A stretch of 63,422 nt of DNA, the filler included, from Reticulomyxa filosa (lineage: Eukaryota; Protista; Foraminifera): NCBI GenBank assembly GCA_000512085.1. It is 26 parts of 26 records of this genome, joined end to end, with 100 filler letters (N's around TTAATTAATTAA, not from the genome) between each part and the next. Parts side by side here need not be neighbours in the genome. Positions count along the whole stretch, not along the records: positions 35,320 to 39,035 come from ASPP01027162.1; positions 39,136 to 40,135 come from ASPP01040871.1; positions 40,236 to 41,385 come from ASPP01019143.1; positions 41,486 to 43,856 come from ASPP01009063.1; positions 43,957 to 48,804 come from ASPP01020851.1; positions 48,905 to 52,158 come from ASPP01001582.1; 20 more parts are not named here. One strand, written 5' to 3'. Position 1 is the first letter of the stretch. Every line of letters starts with the position of its first letter. Shown here piece by piece: positions 36,484-49,929 of this stretch. Below the pieces are notes generated by a model. It did not search any database. It worked only from the letters and a program-made list of their open reading frames with translations, and was not told the origin of the DNA. A program made the translations under genes and the position numbers.

Positions 36484-38673
36484 TCAAAACTCAACCACGT
36501 GCACTTGAAGTAAACTCAAACCAGCTGGATCTGGATCTGAAATTGATTTTGGTAAGATTGTGTTATTGTGATCGGCTTTGTAGCCAAGAATATAACAGTG
36601 ATCCACATCAGAGTCTGTCACTGTCTCTGCATCACTTTCCGCTGCTTCTTCACGTCTGTTTCCAAATGGCTCTGACTTTTCCTGGATACTTTTTTTATAA
36701 CAAGCAGACAAGACACAAATATTCTCTTTGTTTTGAGACCTCCTCTCAATTTGATCAAAACAAGCTGGCCTAAACTTGGGTTTATGATCAGTTTGTGTAG
36801 TTTCATCTGGAATGCATTCACGTGAACGGCAGTCTTGATTGCTCACTACTTTTGTATTCAGATCATTGACGTCGGCAACAATCTGTGCAATTTCACATTG
36901 TTTATATTCACTCCTTACTGTCGCCGATTCATTGAATCCTTCTCTCATTGTGGTATCTGGCTCTAAATCGGGTATGAGTGAAGACAATATCGTTTGAGAA
37001 GAGTCATTAAGATGGAGCAAAGGAACGAAATTAGGCCTTTTCGTAAACTGAACAACAACACACCAAGGCAGCGAATAGATATAATGGCGGTCAAAATAAG
37101 AGTCGACAGGTTTGTCATGACATCCAAATCCATAAAATATGGCCAACACAACGTCATGCTCTTGATGTTGTTTCAAATACAGTCCCACTTCTTTTATTGT
37201 TTCCATTGCTTTGTCGCTTGGTACGTTTTCTTTTTCCAGTTCGTTCATTGGGACATATGGCAATTGGCAGACTAGTATACACTCCTTTCCCCATATTTAC
37301 ACGTATACGCAAACATGCAGACATGTGGTGAAGCAAAAAAAAAAAAAAGTGAACTTTGGTATTGTGAGGAGAAGAGGAAGAGTTTGGACATGTGGAAAGA
37401 TATAAAGCAGGATAGCATTGAAAATGGCCTTGGAAAGTACAGAAATAAGTGTTAAAGTCAGTCAAAGGCGAACAATTCATTGACACTTTTTCAAAGTAAT
37501 AACTCCACAAATTATATCTCGTCCAAACCTCGCCATTTTCCATATATTTATCCAATATCTCATTTGCCTTGCATCCACTGTGAATTATCTCTGACACTCC
37601 CTCTTTACTCCAATTCTCGCTTTACTCATTATATTTATATATATATATATATATGTGTATATGTTTCATTTGCACACATAAAAATTCTCTGCAAGCATAA
37701 ATGGAGTGCGTATACCTGAAAATGGAAAGCAATTGGCAATAGGCATATTGAAGGAGAGTGGATTGACAGTGAAAGAAATTCTGGAAAAAGGAGCCGGACA
37801 GAAATTGGAATTGGCAACAATGAAAGATGAAAACATTGAGCCAAGTGACGAGATAAGCGCGCTGACTTGTGAATTTGGAGTCGAGATTGGGTGGCACCGT
37901 TGCGTACTGTCCGAAAAGCGAACACAAGTTGCGACAGGTGCCTTCGGCCATCATACCTGAATTCACCCAGTTTTGCCAATTGTTCACACAATTCGAAGGA
38001 GCAGATGGATCAGATACACTCCAATTCACCGTTATGTAACTCCCATTTTGCGTGTCATAATATCCTCCAATCCCAAACTTCATCAAATGTCTCCGCAATC
38101 GCTCACACGTTGCTTGTCCGTCCATCGCATTCGCTCCATTCACTCCCCCTCCATACCAATAGTACCACTCCGTACTGGGTCTCATGTTGGCACTGTTTAT
38201 GTACGCATCACACACATACACACAACATATGTATATATCATATACATATATGTTTAAATGAAACAACTTCACTCGGCAAAAAATTGTTGACAACGGCTAC
38301 GCATTTCGAGTAGACAATGAGAGATATTAAAAACAGACACAATATTATCGGCGTTTGGTTTCGATGCGTTTTTATGTGTCGTCGTTGTCAGTATTGGCGA
38401 TGAAACGGTTTGATTGCCATATACGATTCGAGGTACGTTTTGAAGAGATGCATTCACGAGAAGAGGGAGATTAGCTATGCTCATGTGCGGCACAAATATC
38501 GTCGAGTTCAACAAGTCATAATTTATTCGATCTGCTAATGCAGTTCCCGAATACGGTGTTTGCAAAGTTAAATGCAGCTGGACTTGTTGCGTCTCTCGCT
38601 CCGCACTACTCTGAGGATCCGCTGTTATTGTGCTATTGTGAGGATTCTTTTCTTTCTTTTTTTGAGTTGCCAT
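36484..38673 (-). CDS. Hypothetical multi-exon protein(s)
   Basis: Co-oriented ORFs 38676-38269, 38293-37622, 37597-37154 and 37263-36484 separated by TA-rich GT-AG introns. No family recognised and frame continuity is uncertain. Confidence 0.5.
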
Positions 38674-39663
38674 CAAAACCTTTTTCTTTAGTTTATCAAA
38701 ACATTAATGATAGTATTTTTCGATTTTCCTCGAGCTCTTTGCAACGTCCCTTTTTTCCTTTTTGTCTTAACAAAAAATAAACGAACATATTTCCAGATAT
38801 TTCTTTTGCTTTTTGGATCTAACAGATATATGGAAAAAAGGGAGGTTTTACTGCATGCCAACACAAAAACAAGATAGGTCCATCGCAATAGCTCGTTATA
38901 TTTTGAAGTAAAATATTTGGAGGAAAAAAAAAGCACTTTGCATCGCTTCGTTCCCTCCAAGATAAAATGATCATTTTTTTTAAAAATAAACACAAGATAA
39001 TAGCAATTTATTGTTAAAAAGATAGTTTTTTTTTTNNNNNNNNNNNNNNNNNNNNNNNNNNNNNNNNNNNNNNNNNNNNTTAATTAATTAANNNNNNNNN
39101 NNNNNNNNNNNNNNNNNNNNNNNNNNNNNNNNNNNTTTTTTTTTTTTTTTGTGTTAGTGATGTTATTACTAAAACTGATTTCGATATCGACAAATAGAAT
39201 TTGCTTACATGAAAAAAAGATTAGCTCAAATATTTAATCGTCGCAATTTCATAAAATAGTAGTTTCTAGAACACCAATCGGAAGATGGCTGATTTGGAAA
39301 GTTAATTTATTTGTCTTGATAGTATCGTTTTCGAGCATGTGTCTTGAGTTATAATTGATACACCCTTATATTGTAAAATATTTGGATTTTAATACTTTTA
39401 CTTTATTCACACGAATTCAATACCCTATTCTTTTAACAATCTTATTTATCCATGTTTGAAAATATATTTTTTCTAAGAAGCTAGGTACTGTTTTGCAATG
39501 CTAGCCTTTGAAAAAACAAAAATCTGCTAATCTTTCGAAGAATATTCTATGCATTTTTGCGGCCAGCTTCACAGCAGAGAAATCACTTGACTGCGTACTT
39601 TCTTTTTAAAAAAACCTTGGAAAAAAAAGAAAAAGACGGAGCAAAACATTAAAATTGACATCA

Positions 39664-40059
39664 ATGTCTATCCCATTAATAGCATGTTGGCAGTATTTTG
39701 ATAGTACCAAGAAATGGTGGCTTACTTATCCTGGATATATAAATGCGAAAATAGAAAGAGCGTACCAGAAAAAAGATGAAATAATAGTGATAGACAATAA
39801 GAGTGGGATAGACTTTTTAACAATGTTACAAAAGCAATTGTTAAATCCGCACATTTCCACACCCGTCCGACGACTTACAGTAAGACATTTTTATTTTTTT
39901 GTGTTTGTTGCGACTGGATGGACGATTATGTTTACGTGCCTCCCGCTGGGGTTTTTTATTTTTTTTAAAAAAACAAAATAAAAAAAAAAAAAAGGAATTC
40001 TTCGGAACAATAGTACAATTGGACTTGCACAAGGGCATGGGTTATGTGACATTTCCAAC
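39664..40059 (+). CDS. WWE-domain protein, 5' part
   Basis: CWQYFDSTKKWWLTYPGYINAKIERAYQKK...IDFLTMLQ...TPVRR. Intron 39880-39994, then exon 2 EFFGTIVQLDLHKGMGYVTFP. Confidence 0.85.
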
Positions 40060-40235
40060 GTATTTGAACGGAATAATCGCGCACACATTAAAAAAAAAAA
40101 AGCACAAAAAAATGGAACCTCTTTTGTTTCGCGTGNNNNNNNNNNNNNNNNNNNNNNNNNNNNNNNNNNNNNNNNNNNNTTAATTAATTAANNNNNNNNN
40201 NNNNNNNNNNNNNNNNNNNNNNNNNNNNNNNNNNN

Positions 40236-41385
40236 GTTTTTTCATATCGCTATTGCCAGTGCACATGCAGTCAATTCCGATATGAGGATTACCGGTTTCG
40301 ACTTGTTGTTTTCTGGCTTGGGCAACTTTTTCAATGGGCGACAATCCACTGTTTTCAGCCAAGGCGATAGGAATAGCTTCCAAAGCGCTGGCAAAGGCTT
40401 TCCAAGCGTATTGTTCTTGGCCGGTGACTTCGTGACATGCATTGCGAACCGCTTGAGCACATGCGATTTCACACGAGCCTCCACCATAGACAATGCGTGC
40501 ATCACGAATCAAATTGCGAGCCACACATATAGCGTCATGAATGGCACGTTTTGCTTCCTCCACGATCATGGTATTGCCTCCTCGAATAAAGACAGTGACG
40601 GCCTTGCTGTTGGGACAGTCTTCAATGACAGTCATGTGATCCTTGGTGGTGCCAAACTCGAGTGTGCGAATGACCCCGCAATGTCCCAATTTATCCGGGG
40701 AAAGTTCTTGGAAGCGAGGAACAATACGTCCACCAGTCGACATGGCAATCAATTCCATTTCCACTCCTCCAATCCAACGAATGGCGGGTAATTTTTTTTG
40801 CAGCAACAAATGGTTTGCTTCGTCATCAAATCCCCATTGGCAAAAGGCGACATTGGCGCCCGATTTTTGAATGTATTCAATCATCTCTGTAAAGTACGCT
40901 TGTTCCATTTGATACAATTTGTTGTACGCTTCGCTGGTGGAAATATCCAAGTTATACTTGGTCTTTGGACGAGGGGGTTCGAATGGACATGTCAAAATGG
41001 CAATCTTGGCTTGTTCGATTCGTCTTGGCATTTGAGGGTGACTAAATTCTTTGTCAATGACAATACCTTTAACCAAAGTGGTATCTTCCAATCTGCCGCC
41101 CACCTTTCCTTCCACTTTGATGTGTTCAAAGTTGACATCTTTTCTCTCCCAATCGCACACGCTCAGCGCTGCGTCCACCGCCGTGTGCGCCATCTTTTTT
41201 TTGTAACGATTGATTATTTTCGACGAAATCGTCGTCTCCGCCGTCGAATACAGTATGCTCGTGTCTTTTTGCGTTACCGTCACGGTGTCGCAAATTGTTT
41301 CCAAATGCTTCGTCGCAATTGCGCATGCCGCTTCAAACCCTTGGGCGATGCGAATTGGATGGATCCCTTTTGACAATAACTTTTC
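40236..41385 (-). CDS. CCT5: T-complex protein 1 subunit epsilon, internal fragment
   Basis: [78 protein letters not shown]. Confidence 0.97.
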
Positions 41386-41485
41386 NNNNNNNNNNNNNNN
41401 NNNNNNNNNNNNNNNNNNNNNNNNNNNNNTTAATTAATTAANNNNNNNNNNNNNNNNNNNNNNNNNNNNNNNNNNNNNNNNNNNN

Positions 41486-41523
<38 letters not shown>

Positions 41524-41529
41524 AAAGAA

Positions 41530-42397
41530 TAATACCAAAGGTTTGACGAGACTGGAATCACTCTTTTTATTGATGGTCTCAAGAAATTGGAGAAAATGCC
41601 TGATTCGGCACTTGGCTGTGTTGGAGCAGCGGAAGAAGCGGACTCTTTCGCGATTTCTTGAGACGATGGTTGCTGCGTTGGTTCGGTCGGGGACGTGCTT
41701 GTGACTGCGGAGGTGTCTTGTGATGGCTTCTCCTGTTGCGGTTGATGCAAAGAGTTCAATGGAGGGGGCTTTTCCGTTGGGATCATGGGTTTGTAATCGT
41801 TGCACAAAAAGGAGTTCAAATGGATACATTGATAACGATACAAATGTGGGTTTATATGCTTTGCCAAATCAAAAAAATGCCACACATTTTCATCATTTGT
41901 CAAATACAGTCGGTCGGTTATTCCACGCAAATACCTTTATTTTCAATGTATTTTCCGTCTCTTTTCATATTATTTTTTTTTTAAAACTTTTTTTTTTTTT
42001 TTTGTTTTACCTGTCCAAATCTTCTTTTCTTTTGTTTACAAATTCGTCGTCAAATTTTTTGCGCAATGTCTTTGGTGGTAACTCGGGGAGTCTTTTGTTA
42101 TGATAAATTGACGACAGTTTCTTGTGAAGTGCTTTAATACACAACAACCCCTTTTTTTTCCCCCCCACTCGTCATTGGTCCCTTCTTTTTTTTTTTTTAA
42201 CAAAAAAAAGTACCATCAAAATCGCTAAATCTTCTTTCAATGTTATATGATATCTCTAGCGCCCGAATCCCGATCAAAAGCTCGTAATACGTCACGTTGG
42301 TGTTTGCATCAGTTCGTTGGTCTTCTATGCATGCACTTAATCCAAGACCATGCTCTTTCTCATCCATGGCAACCTCTGCATCTTCCTTTGTTGTCAT
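41530..42397 (-). CDS. PX (phox homology) domain protein, 5' part
   Basis: Across three exons: VTYYELLI..YNIERRFSDFD|ALHKKLSSIYHNKRLPELPPKTLRKKFDDEFVNKRKEDLD|RYLRGI. Confidence 0.88.
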
Positions 42398-42700
42398 TAT
42401 CTCCAAATGAGTTCCGCTTCCTTTTTCGAGTTCAAGAAAAACGGTGCCGTTTTCTGCGTTATAGTGGAAACGACAAAGTTACGCTCCACAATAAACATAC
42501 CAAGGCTTTGTTGGCACAGACACCACAAAAGACGTATTACCCAGTTTTAAAGGAAAATTTCAATTAGCAAAAACAAAAAAGAAATAACTTGTCAAAAGAA
42601 AAAATTTGTCTATAGTCAAATTCCACATTCGCTCTTTTCTCTGTTGCCATGGTTGACAAAATCACGACTGACCTTCGTAGATGATAAAAATATTTTTCAT

Positions 42701-43772
42701 ATGAAAATGTTACAGTGCTTCATTTGGACAGTATTTGTATTGTTTTTCTCATTTTCTTCAGCACAACAAGGCTTTGGAGTGATAAACAATGACTGGCATG
42801 TCTCTTTGGCAAACCAATCACTGACCCAAGCCTTGAAAAGTTTTGTTTCCGTTTTGACTCGTAATCGTACCATATTGATCGTAGGAGGACAAAACGACAA
42901 GAACGTGTATCAAGATGGGATGTTATCTATGAACTTGCCAACGGACGTATCGAATATAACACGACAAGCGCACTTTATATCTATGTCGACATCGGCAATA
43001 ATTCCGTTTGGGAGCAACCCTCACGGATACACCTATGGGATAGACCCATGGGCAAATGAAGAGTGGCTATATATCGTCAGCCCAAAGTCGTCATATAATG
43101 CGACACAACAGAGACTTTGGCAATATTCAATCACAAACAACGTATGGTCTTCGCGTACCCTCTCCAAGCCACGAAGGAACACGTGTGTAGTATACGTAGC
43201 ATTCTCGCAGCAACAGCAGTATTTGTACATAATTGGCGGAGCAATAAATGATAATAACGCAAATGATGAATGGACGATAAGCAATGAAATGGAACGCTAT
43301 GACTTAAAAAAACAAAAATCCGAACGTATGTCAGCAATGAACGTGGCAAGATCAGGCCACAGTTGTGTGTACAGTACAAAGCAAAAAGCGATTTATGTAT
43401 TGAGTGGATTGGACAAAAGTCAAAACTTGACGGCAACGATGGAAAGATACGACATTGAAGGAGACGAATGGAGCACGGTGTGGAACACAACAGCACAAGC
43501 GCCACTCGCTATGTACAACCCTCGCGCACTCCACGCGAGTGTGTTATTGGAGTCCAATGACACCGCTGACCAAATCGACATTGTAAGTGTCGGAGGACGT
43601 GGCCCGCACGACGAGCCCCTCTCCGCAGTGGAAATACTGTCCATTGTCGCTGTCCACAATCAATCATATGTCCGTTCTCATGCATCTTCCCTGCAATTCC
43701 CAAGGTCCTCTTTGGCTGTAGTGTCCCAAGCCAATTACGCCATTTTTGCACTTGGAGGGTCTAATACCTCAA
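42701..43772 (+). CDS. Signal-peptide-bearing kelch-repeat protein, first exon
   Basis: Signal peptide MKMLQCFIWTVFVLFFSFSSA. Kelch units ILIVGG, YLYIIGG, MSAMNVARSGHSCV, IYVLSG..ERYDIEGDEW, VSVGG, FALGG. Several N-x-S/T sites. Donor GTGAGT at 43773. Confidence 0.85.
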
Positions 43773-43819
43773 GTGAGTATTAACATGATAATGAAGATAC
43801 AATATATACATATACATAA

Positions 43820-43856
<37 letters not shown>

Positions 43857-45699
43857 NNNNNNNNNNNNNNNNNNNNNNNNNNNNNNNNNNNNNNNNNNNN
43901 TTAATTAATTAANNNNNNNNNNNNNNNNNNNNNNNNNNNNNNNNNNNNNNNNNNNNACTTTTTTTTTTCTTTCATTTTCTTTTTATTATTATTATCTTCA
44001 TTATTATTATCATATTTTTTTCTTTTTTATTATTATAATATTTTTTTAAATATTCACTTTTTTTCTACACTTATTAATACCTTTTTTTCATCAACATTAT
44101 ACTACCTTTTTTTCTCATTATATAACTTTCTATTTTTTAAATAAAATATGTACGTAATTTGCCACTTTGCTACATATGAACACTGGAATTCAAGCACTAA
44201 TTACTATTTTCTTTTTTCATGTGTGGAAAACAATAAACATTTTTTATTTTTTTTTTTCACAGATGGGTGGAAAGTGGTAAACAAAATAAAAAAATATATT
44301 ATTCTTTGACAGGGGGAATTCCTATTATATATCACACACAATCACATTATATAACAAAAGAAAATATACATATATAAACACATAGATACCCTTATTTATC
44401 ATTTCGTAAACGGAGTGGAGTTCAACCCCATTTTTTTTTTTGTGTGCACAGGATGGAGGGAAAAAATACAGATAACATCTTTGCAGGACGAGGGAATTCA
44501 TGTATACAAAACACACAACATATGAATATATATTTTTTTAAAAAAAGATATACAAACATATGTTTCCCCTTTCGGAGACAGTGTGGTCTTCTACCACGTA
44601 TTTTTTTTGTCGCAGCATATATCATGTTTTAAAGAAACATACATACATATTGTAGTTTATATGTTGAACAGAAAATAAACAAAAATAGACTTGATTAAAA
44701 TAATGAGGAAACATTTTAACTATCTTTGTGACTGTGGTCATACTAGCGAGAATGATTGCCATTTCCATTATAAACACAAACATCATACAGTTGTCTTCTG
44801 TCGTAGTCATCGTCATGCAGGATTTTTGCTGTTAGCACTTGACAGTGCGTACCTATTCATTTTCCAATATACAATGCAAATAGCACATAATGTTTGTATT
44901 TTTTTAAAAAAAATTGTACATAAAAAAAAGTATGTACATATATTTGTTCAATTATATATTCACAAATCTTTTAATAATCGATAAAATATATAACAAGAAA
45001 AAAAGAGAACTATTTGCACCTAGTAATAATTTTACGCCGTTGATGTTTGCTTCGACGACAAATTGTGTGATGACATTGTGACGAGGATAAATGATGCCGG
45101 TAGTTTGTGGTGGATGGCAGGAGCTTGTTGAAGATAATGTATTGGGGAAGTGCTGTTGCATTGGAGACACTGTATCTGATAGCCACATTCTTACTTCTGG
45201 AATCAACAGCGTTTTTGTTGCTGAATGCCTCCACCGTGCCCCGTTTTCAGATAATCGACTTACGATTGCTAGGACACAAACCTAGATCACACCAAAAAAA
45301 ATTGCGAGTACACACATAAGTATGTAATACGTATATACATAAATAATATATACGTATGCAATTTTGTGTGTTTGGGAAAGTAATTTTTATTAACATTTCT
45401 GTTTTGTGTATCCTGCCCGAAATTGATCCGTGCAAGCGACAAAACAATAATATCTTCAATAGCCATCAATCGCTGTCCACAATACCAATGCTTGAGTGAT
45501 CATCCTTTGTCATACATTGACATATGTTTGTTGCTGTGCTATATTTTTTTTTTTTTACAAATGAAGACAATAAAACAAAACATACAACAAATAACAAACT
45601 GAAAAACTGTAAATATATGATGAGCCAATAAAACACATTTGCACAATTCCACAAACATGACATGAACAATGACAATGACAGTGATCAGTAGAAATATAT

Positions 45700-46090
45700 T
45701 TGCGATTTGAGTTAATTCGATGTTTCAAGACATCGGCAATGCAATGGAAAGTGGGGCATGTTTGAATACTATAATAGAAACGTTGTATGTCGTGCCAGAA
45801 AAAGATTGCATGTTTGGCCAACAAGAAGATGAAGAAATGGCAAGGATGTAAGTACATTTATATTTCCAATGAAAAGATAGCGAAATAGTATTACGTGTCA
45901 GTTCCTTGTGGACATTGGCACAACTCCTAATGGTAGTACAACAATGGTCGATACAATGACTATATCTAGCACTGCAACTACGTATACGAAAGAGGACGTG
46001 ATAAATCAATGTTGTTTTGAGTATAATGGACCCAAACACAGTAACTTCGCAACAACAATTGATAATGCGAAGTGTTGCCATCCAAATGCT
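45700..46090 (-). pseudogene. Possible class C (GABA-B-like, 7tm_3) GPCR remnant
   Basis: TVFGSIILKTTLIYHVLF (cf. FGSxFAKTWRIYRIF), then frameshifted FVYVVAVLDIVIVSTIVV, then GTTYNVSIIVF..PL. Confidence 0.45.
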
Positions 46091-46869
46091 CAAATCTGAT
46101 CCAAGAAACATTTTTGATAAATCAAGCCATCCTTCTGTTGGCCACTAATGATGACACTTTTGTGAACGTCACTACAAAGTTGACCAAGCTGCTGTTCAAA
46201 ATTGTTGAGTATTTGTCGTAAGAGCTGCCATTCATTCCAAAAGTCTAATTCTTCCTCTTCTTCGATTGACTCAACTGAATTATTACTATCTTTTTTGTTA
46301 TTATTATCCATCGCATTTCCTGCTTTACTTTCTTTTGCTTCGTTCGTCCGCTTTTCAGTCACTTTCAACAAACTCCGTTTCAAACAAATCCGTCCCAGAT
46401 CCTCCAATACTTCTTTTTGTGAGTGCATCGTATACTCCTTCATCTCCGGTTTCATGTCAATGTCACCCGCGCTGTGTTTGGAGTTTATATATTGCAATTG
46501 TTTTTTTTTGGGTCCATAACTTCCAATGTTTTCTTTGTTTGCAGCAGTCCTTGCTGAGTACCATACATTTGTTTTATAGTTTGGATTCTTTAATATGCAA
46601 TTTGGCACTTGAAATTCAGTAACTTAATCGTGCAACACTACACCCAATTTGTTTTTTAGGCATAGTTATGCTACAAGTTGCTTTTTTGTTCTGCGGAAGA
46701 AATTTTTAACAAAAACATCTGAATAATTTTAAACAAATTACACTGAAAATTATTTTGTAAGGAAGTTTAATGTGATCAAATTATTCTCACAAAAAAAAGA
46801 CGAGGGATCGCACCCTTCTCAAACCAAGACAGAAGAAAATACGGATTCAAATTGTTGTGAATTTGGAAA

Positions 46870-47400
46870 GCATGTTTCAATCTCAGCAAAACAAGAATGA
46901 GCAATTACCTCTTCTGCATCAATTCGACGTTTGGGTCGCAACATACGCGAGAGTGCCGCACTGTACGGTCATTTTTACGTATGGAGTTGCAAACTTGCTC
47001 AGGTCAAAATTGGGTATCACGATTTGGGTATCGTCAGTCGCATACATGGAAGGAATCTGTGTCATTTATTTCCGCCCATCAAAACATTTGCAAGCATTAA
47101 ATACGTCTCAAAATTGTTAGTATGATCCCTCCACTCTCTAAAGAGTTATTTGTACGAAACATTTTCAGTTTCAAATCTATATGATCAACAATCTCCAAAT
47201 GGCAATGTTGGAGACTTGTTCTGAAAATACTTTGGAATTTCCTGTTTTGGAGTGCTATCTCTTAAATAAGTCACAATGCTCGATCAAGGCCATGAACATG
47301 TAAATCATCTTTTGATCTTAAAGGCATCAACCACATTAATGATGCAAAAAAATTTGACAAATTTCATTTTGCAGCGGTTTTGTTGAGCACACTGCAATAT
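46870..47400 (-). pseudogene. Degraded Ser/Thr protein kinase
   Basis: Fragments in changing frames with stops: IINVVDAF / MIYMFMALIEHCDLF / HIDLK(T)ENV / LSRMLRPKRRIDAEEVIAHSCF. Confidence 0.65.
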
Positions 47401-48766
47401 TGATCAATGTCCTAATATTGATAATGGAGCCACGATCAAGAAAGGTCTAGTCATATGTTAAATTTGGCTGTCAATTGAATTTGAAAGCATCATCGTCTTT
47501 CAAACCCTGTTTCTTCAGCCAAAATACAAGGTCGTCTGTTCAGTCAATTGTGGGTCAACCAAGTTTACACACAAAATTTGTTAAGGTCGATTTGGAGGGA
47601 TCCAATTCTTCACATGCTTTCGGACGATAGATATACTTAGCAACATTTATGCGCATTCCATAATCCAAATCTTTGGCAATGGGGCAACGCAATTTTTTTC
47701 TCTATTAAAATTTTCAAACTCGAGATTACTTTTAAAAAAAAAAAAAGTGACTCCATATCACATATTCTATTTCATCAAATGCAATGTTTCATTGTTTTAA
47801 TCAGTAATTCTTTTATAACCAAAAAATTAATGTCGATGTGACAGATTCCATTTAATGCGGAAACAACAGATTCGATATTCATTACGTGGCATCTCCCAGT
47901 GTCTTCTCAGAGTTACCACCAATCACTCTTGGTTTCAATTTTACATTGCTTGTGTAATTATCACGTTCCAAATATGATCATATATCAAGGATGTTTGTCA
48001 AGTTTGTTCATTGATAAGCATGTTGCTTTCTATACGCGATAACAAAGATCGATTTGTTTTAATGCAACGCATATTTCCTCGCCTTTCGTCTTGTCAACCA
48101 TTTTGATATGTAGATGAAATGACAGCAGCTTGTCGTTGTTGTTGATGGAATTGGAGATGCAATGGTCATAGCAATGCAATACGCCGTTTCAAACATCACC
48201 ATAAGCTCCACCGGTGTGTATTCTGGTTTTTCAACAGCTTTAGAGAAAAACAATAAATAAATTGAAATAACTTAGAAAGAAAAACAAACAATAAATGTTG
48301 TTTAGCTTTAATGACTTTGAAAAGGTCTTGCCATTGATCAATCTTCATAACACACAAACAAACAAACAAACAAACAAATGTTTATTTAAAAAAAAGTGCT
48401 TTCGACAAATTAATGGTCAAATAAAGACAAAACTTTTGCTCGCGATGCATACTCATATCTTTTTTCAAAGGTATTTCAATTCATGAGACAATCTAATCAA
48501 ATTGCGGTATATCACAATTTTAGTACTTTCCACCAAACCAATATAATTTGCAAATCTGTTGTATGTGACATTTGGAGTCATATACAACATACTTGCAAAT
48601 ACATGTGAAAGGAAACCACGAATATTTGGAGAGTTTATACGTATGGATGACTTCGAATGAATTGAGCGAAGTAGTACTCACGATATATCTGCACTTCTTG
48701 TATTGATACGATCTATTATTTAAAATAATCCATATGCTATTGATCCATATGTTTGTTCAATTCTTT

Positions 48767-48804
<38 letters not shown>

Positions 48805-49929
48805 NNNNNNNNNNNNNNNNNNNNNNNNNNNNNNNNNNNNNNNNNNNNTTAATTAATTAANNNNNNNNNNNNNNNNNNNNNNNNNNNNNNNNNNNNNNNN
48901 NNNNTTTAAATTAAAAAAAAAAATTAAACTTATTGACTCGATTTCTGATTTTGATATTGATAGGACGCACTTTCTGAGGTACACGCAATTGCTGCAGCAG
49001 TGAATCTGTGCCGGCCATGATTTTGGCTAGCAGTCCTTCGGTCGTGTTGAGCTGCTTCAAGTTCAAAAAAAAAGCACATGTGAAGCGTTTGCAGCATACT
49101 CGATAGGATAACAAATGCTTCACGCAATCCATTTTACTCATTTTATTTGCCAAGTCTTCTCCTCTTCGATGATACTGTACATTTTGTATTATGTTTTTTT
49201 TTATGTGTCCACCTTTCTCCACGCTCCCCTTTTTTTCCACAAACAAACAAAGGAGTCTTAAAAATAAAATATTTCGGAACTTGTCTATTGTTGATGCATT
49301 TCCTACAGAATGCCGTGGTCTGTTGCTGAGAGTATAATATTATCCTTCATATCAACTATTTCAAATGTCAAATTTTCTTGTTTCATTTTTTTTAAATGTT
49401 GCAAATCTAAACAAGAATAATGAATTTTATAAATCAACTCTTCTAATGTCAAAGCATTCATAATTATCGATTTACTCGTTTCATCCATCATCACAAGTGT
49501 GTCAAACTGTATATTTTTTGAAAAGTACAAAATGGACAAATTTACAACAAAATAAAATAAATAAATAAAGAAAAGAAAATATGAAAACTTCGCATTTTGT
49601 TTTTCCTATATCATCTTATTTCAATACAAAATTGTTTTGCTTGACGGTTAAAAAAAATTATTAAAAAAAGCAAAACATCATTGATTCAATAGTGCCACGA
49701 ATTGCAGGAATATCTTCATGCTTCAAATTATTGTTACATTTTCTTTGATTCAACGACCACGTCCTAAAATCACCTCGTGGCAAGCTTTCAAATTGTTGAA
49801 CAATTCCAATTTTATCATTTTTAGCTCTTTCTTCCCACCATTTCACATTTTTTCCTTTTTTTTTTGTGTATTGTCATTACTATTATCTACGATTAAAAAC
49901 AATTAAACACAGATAATTAAACTCCATTG

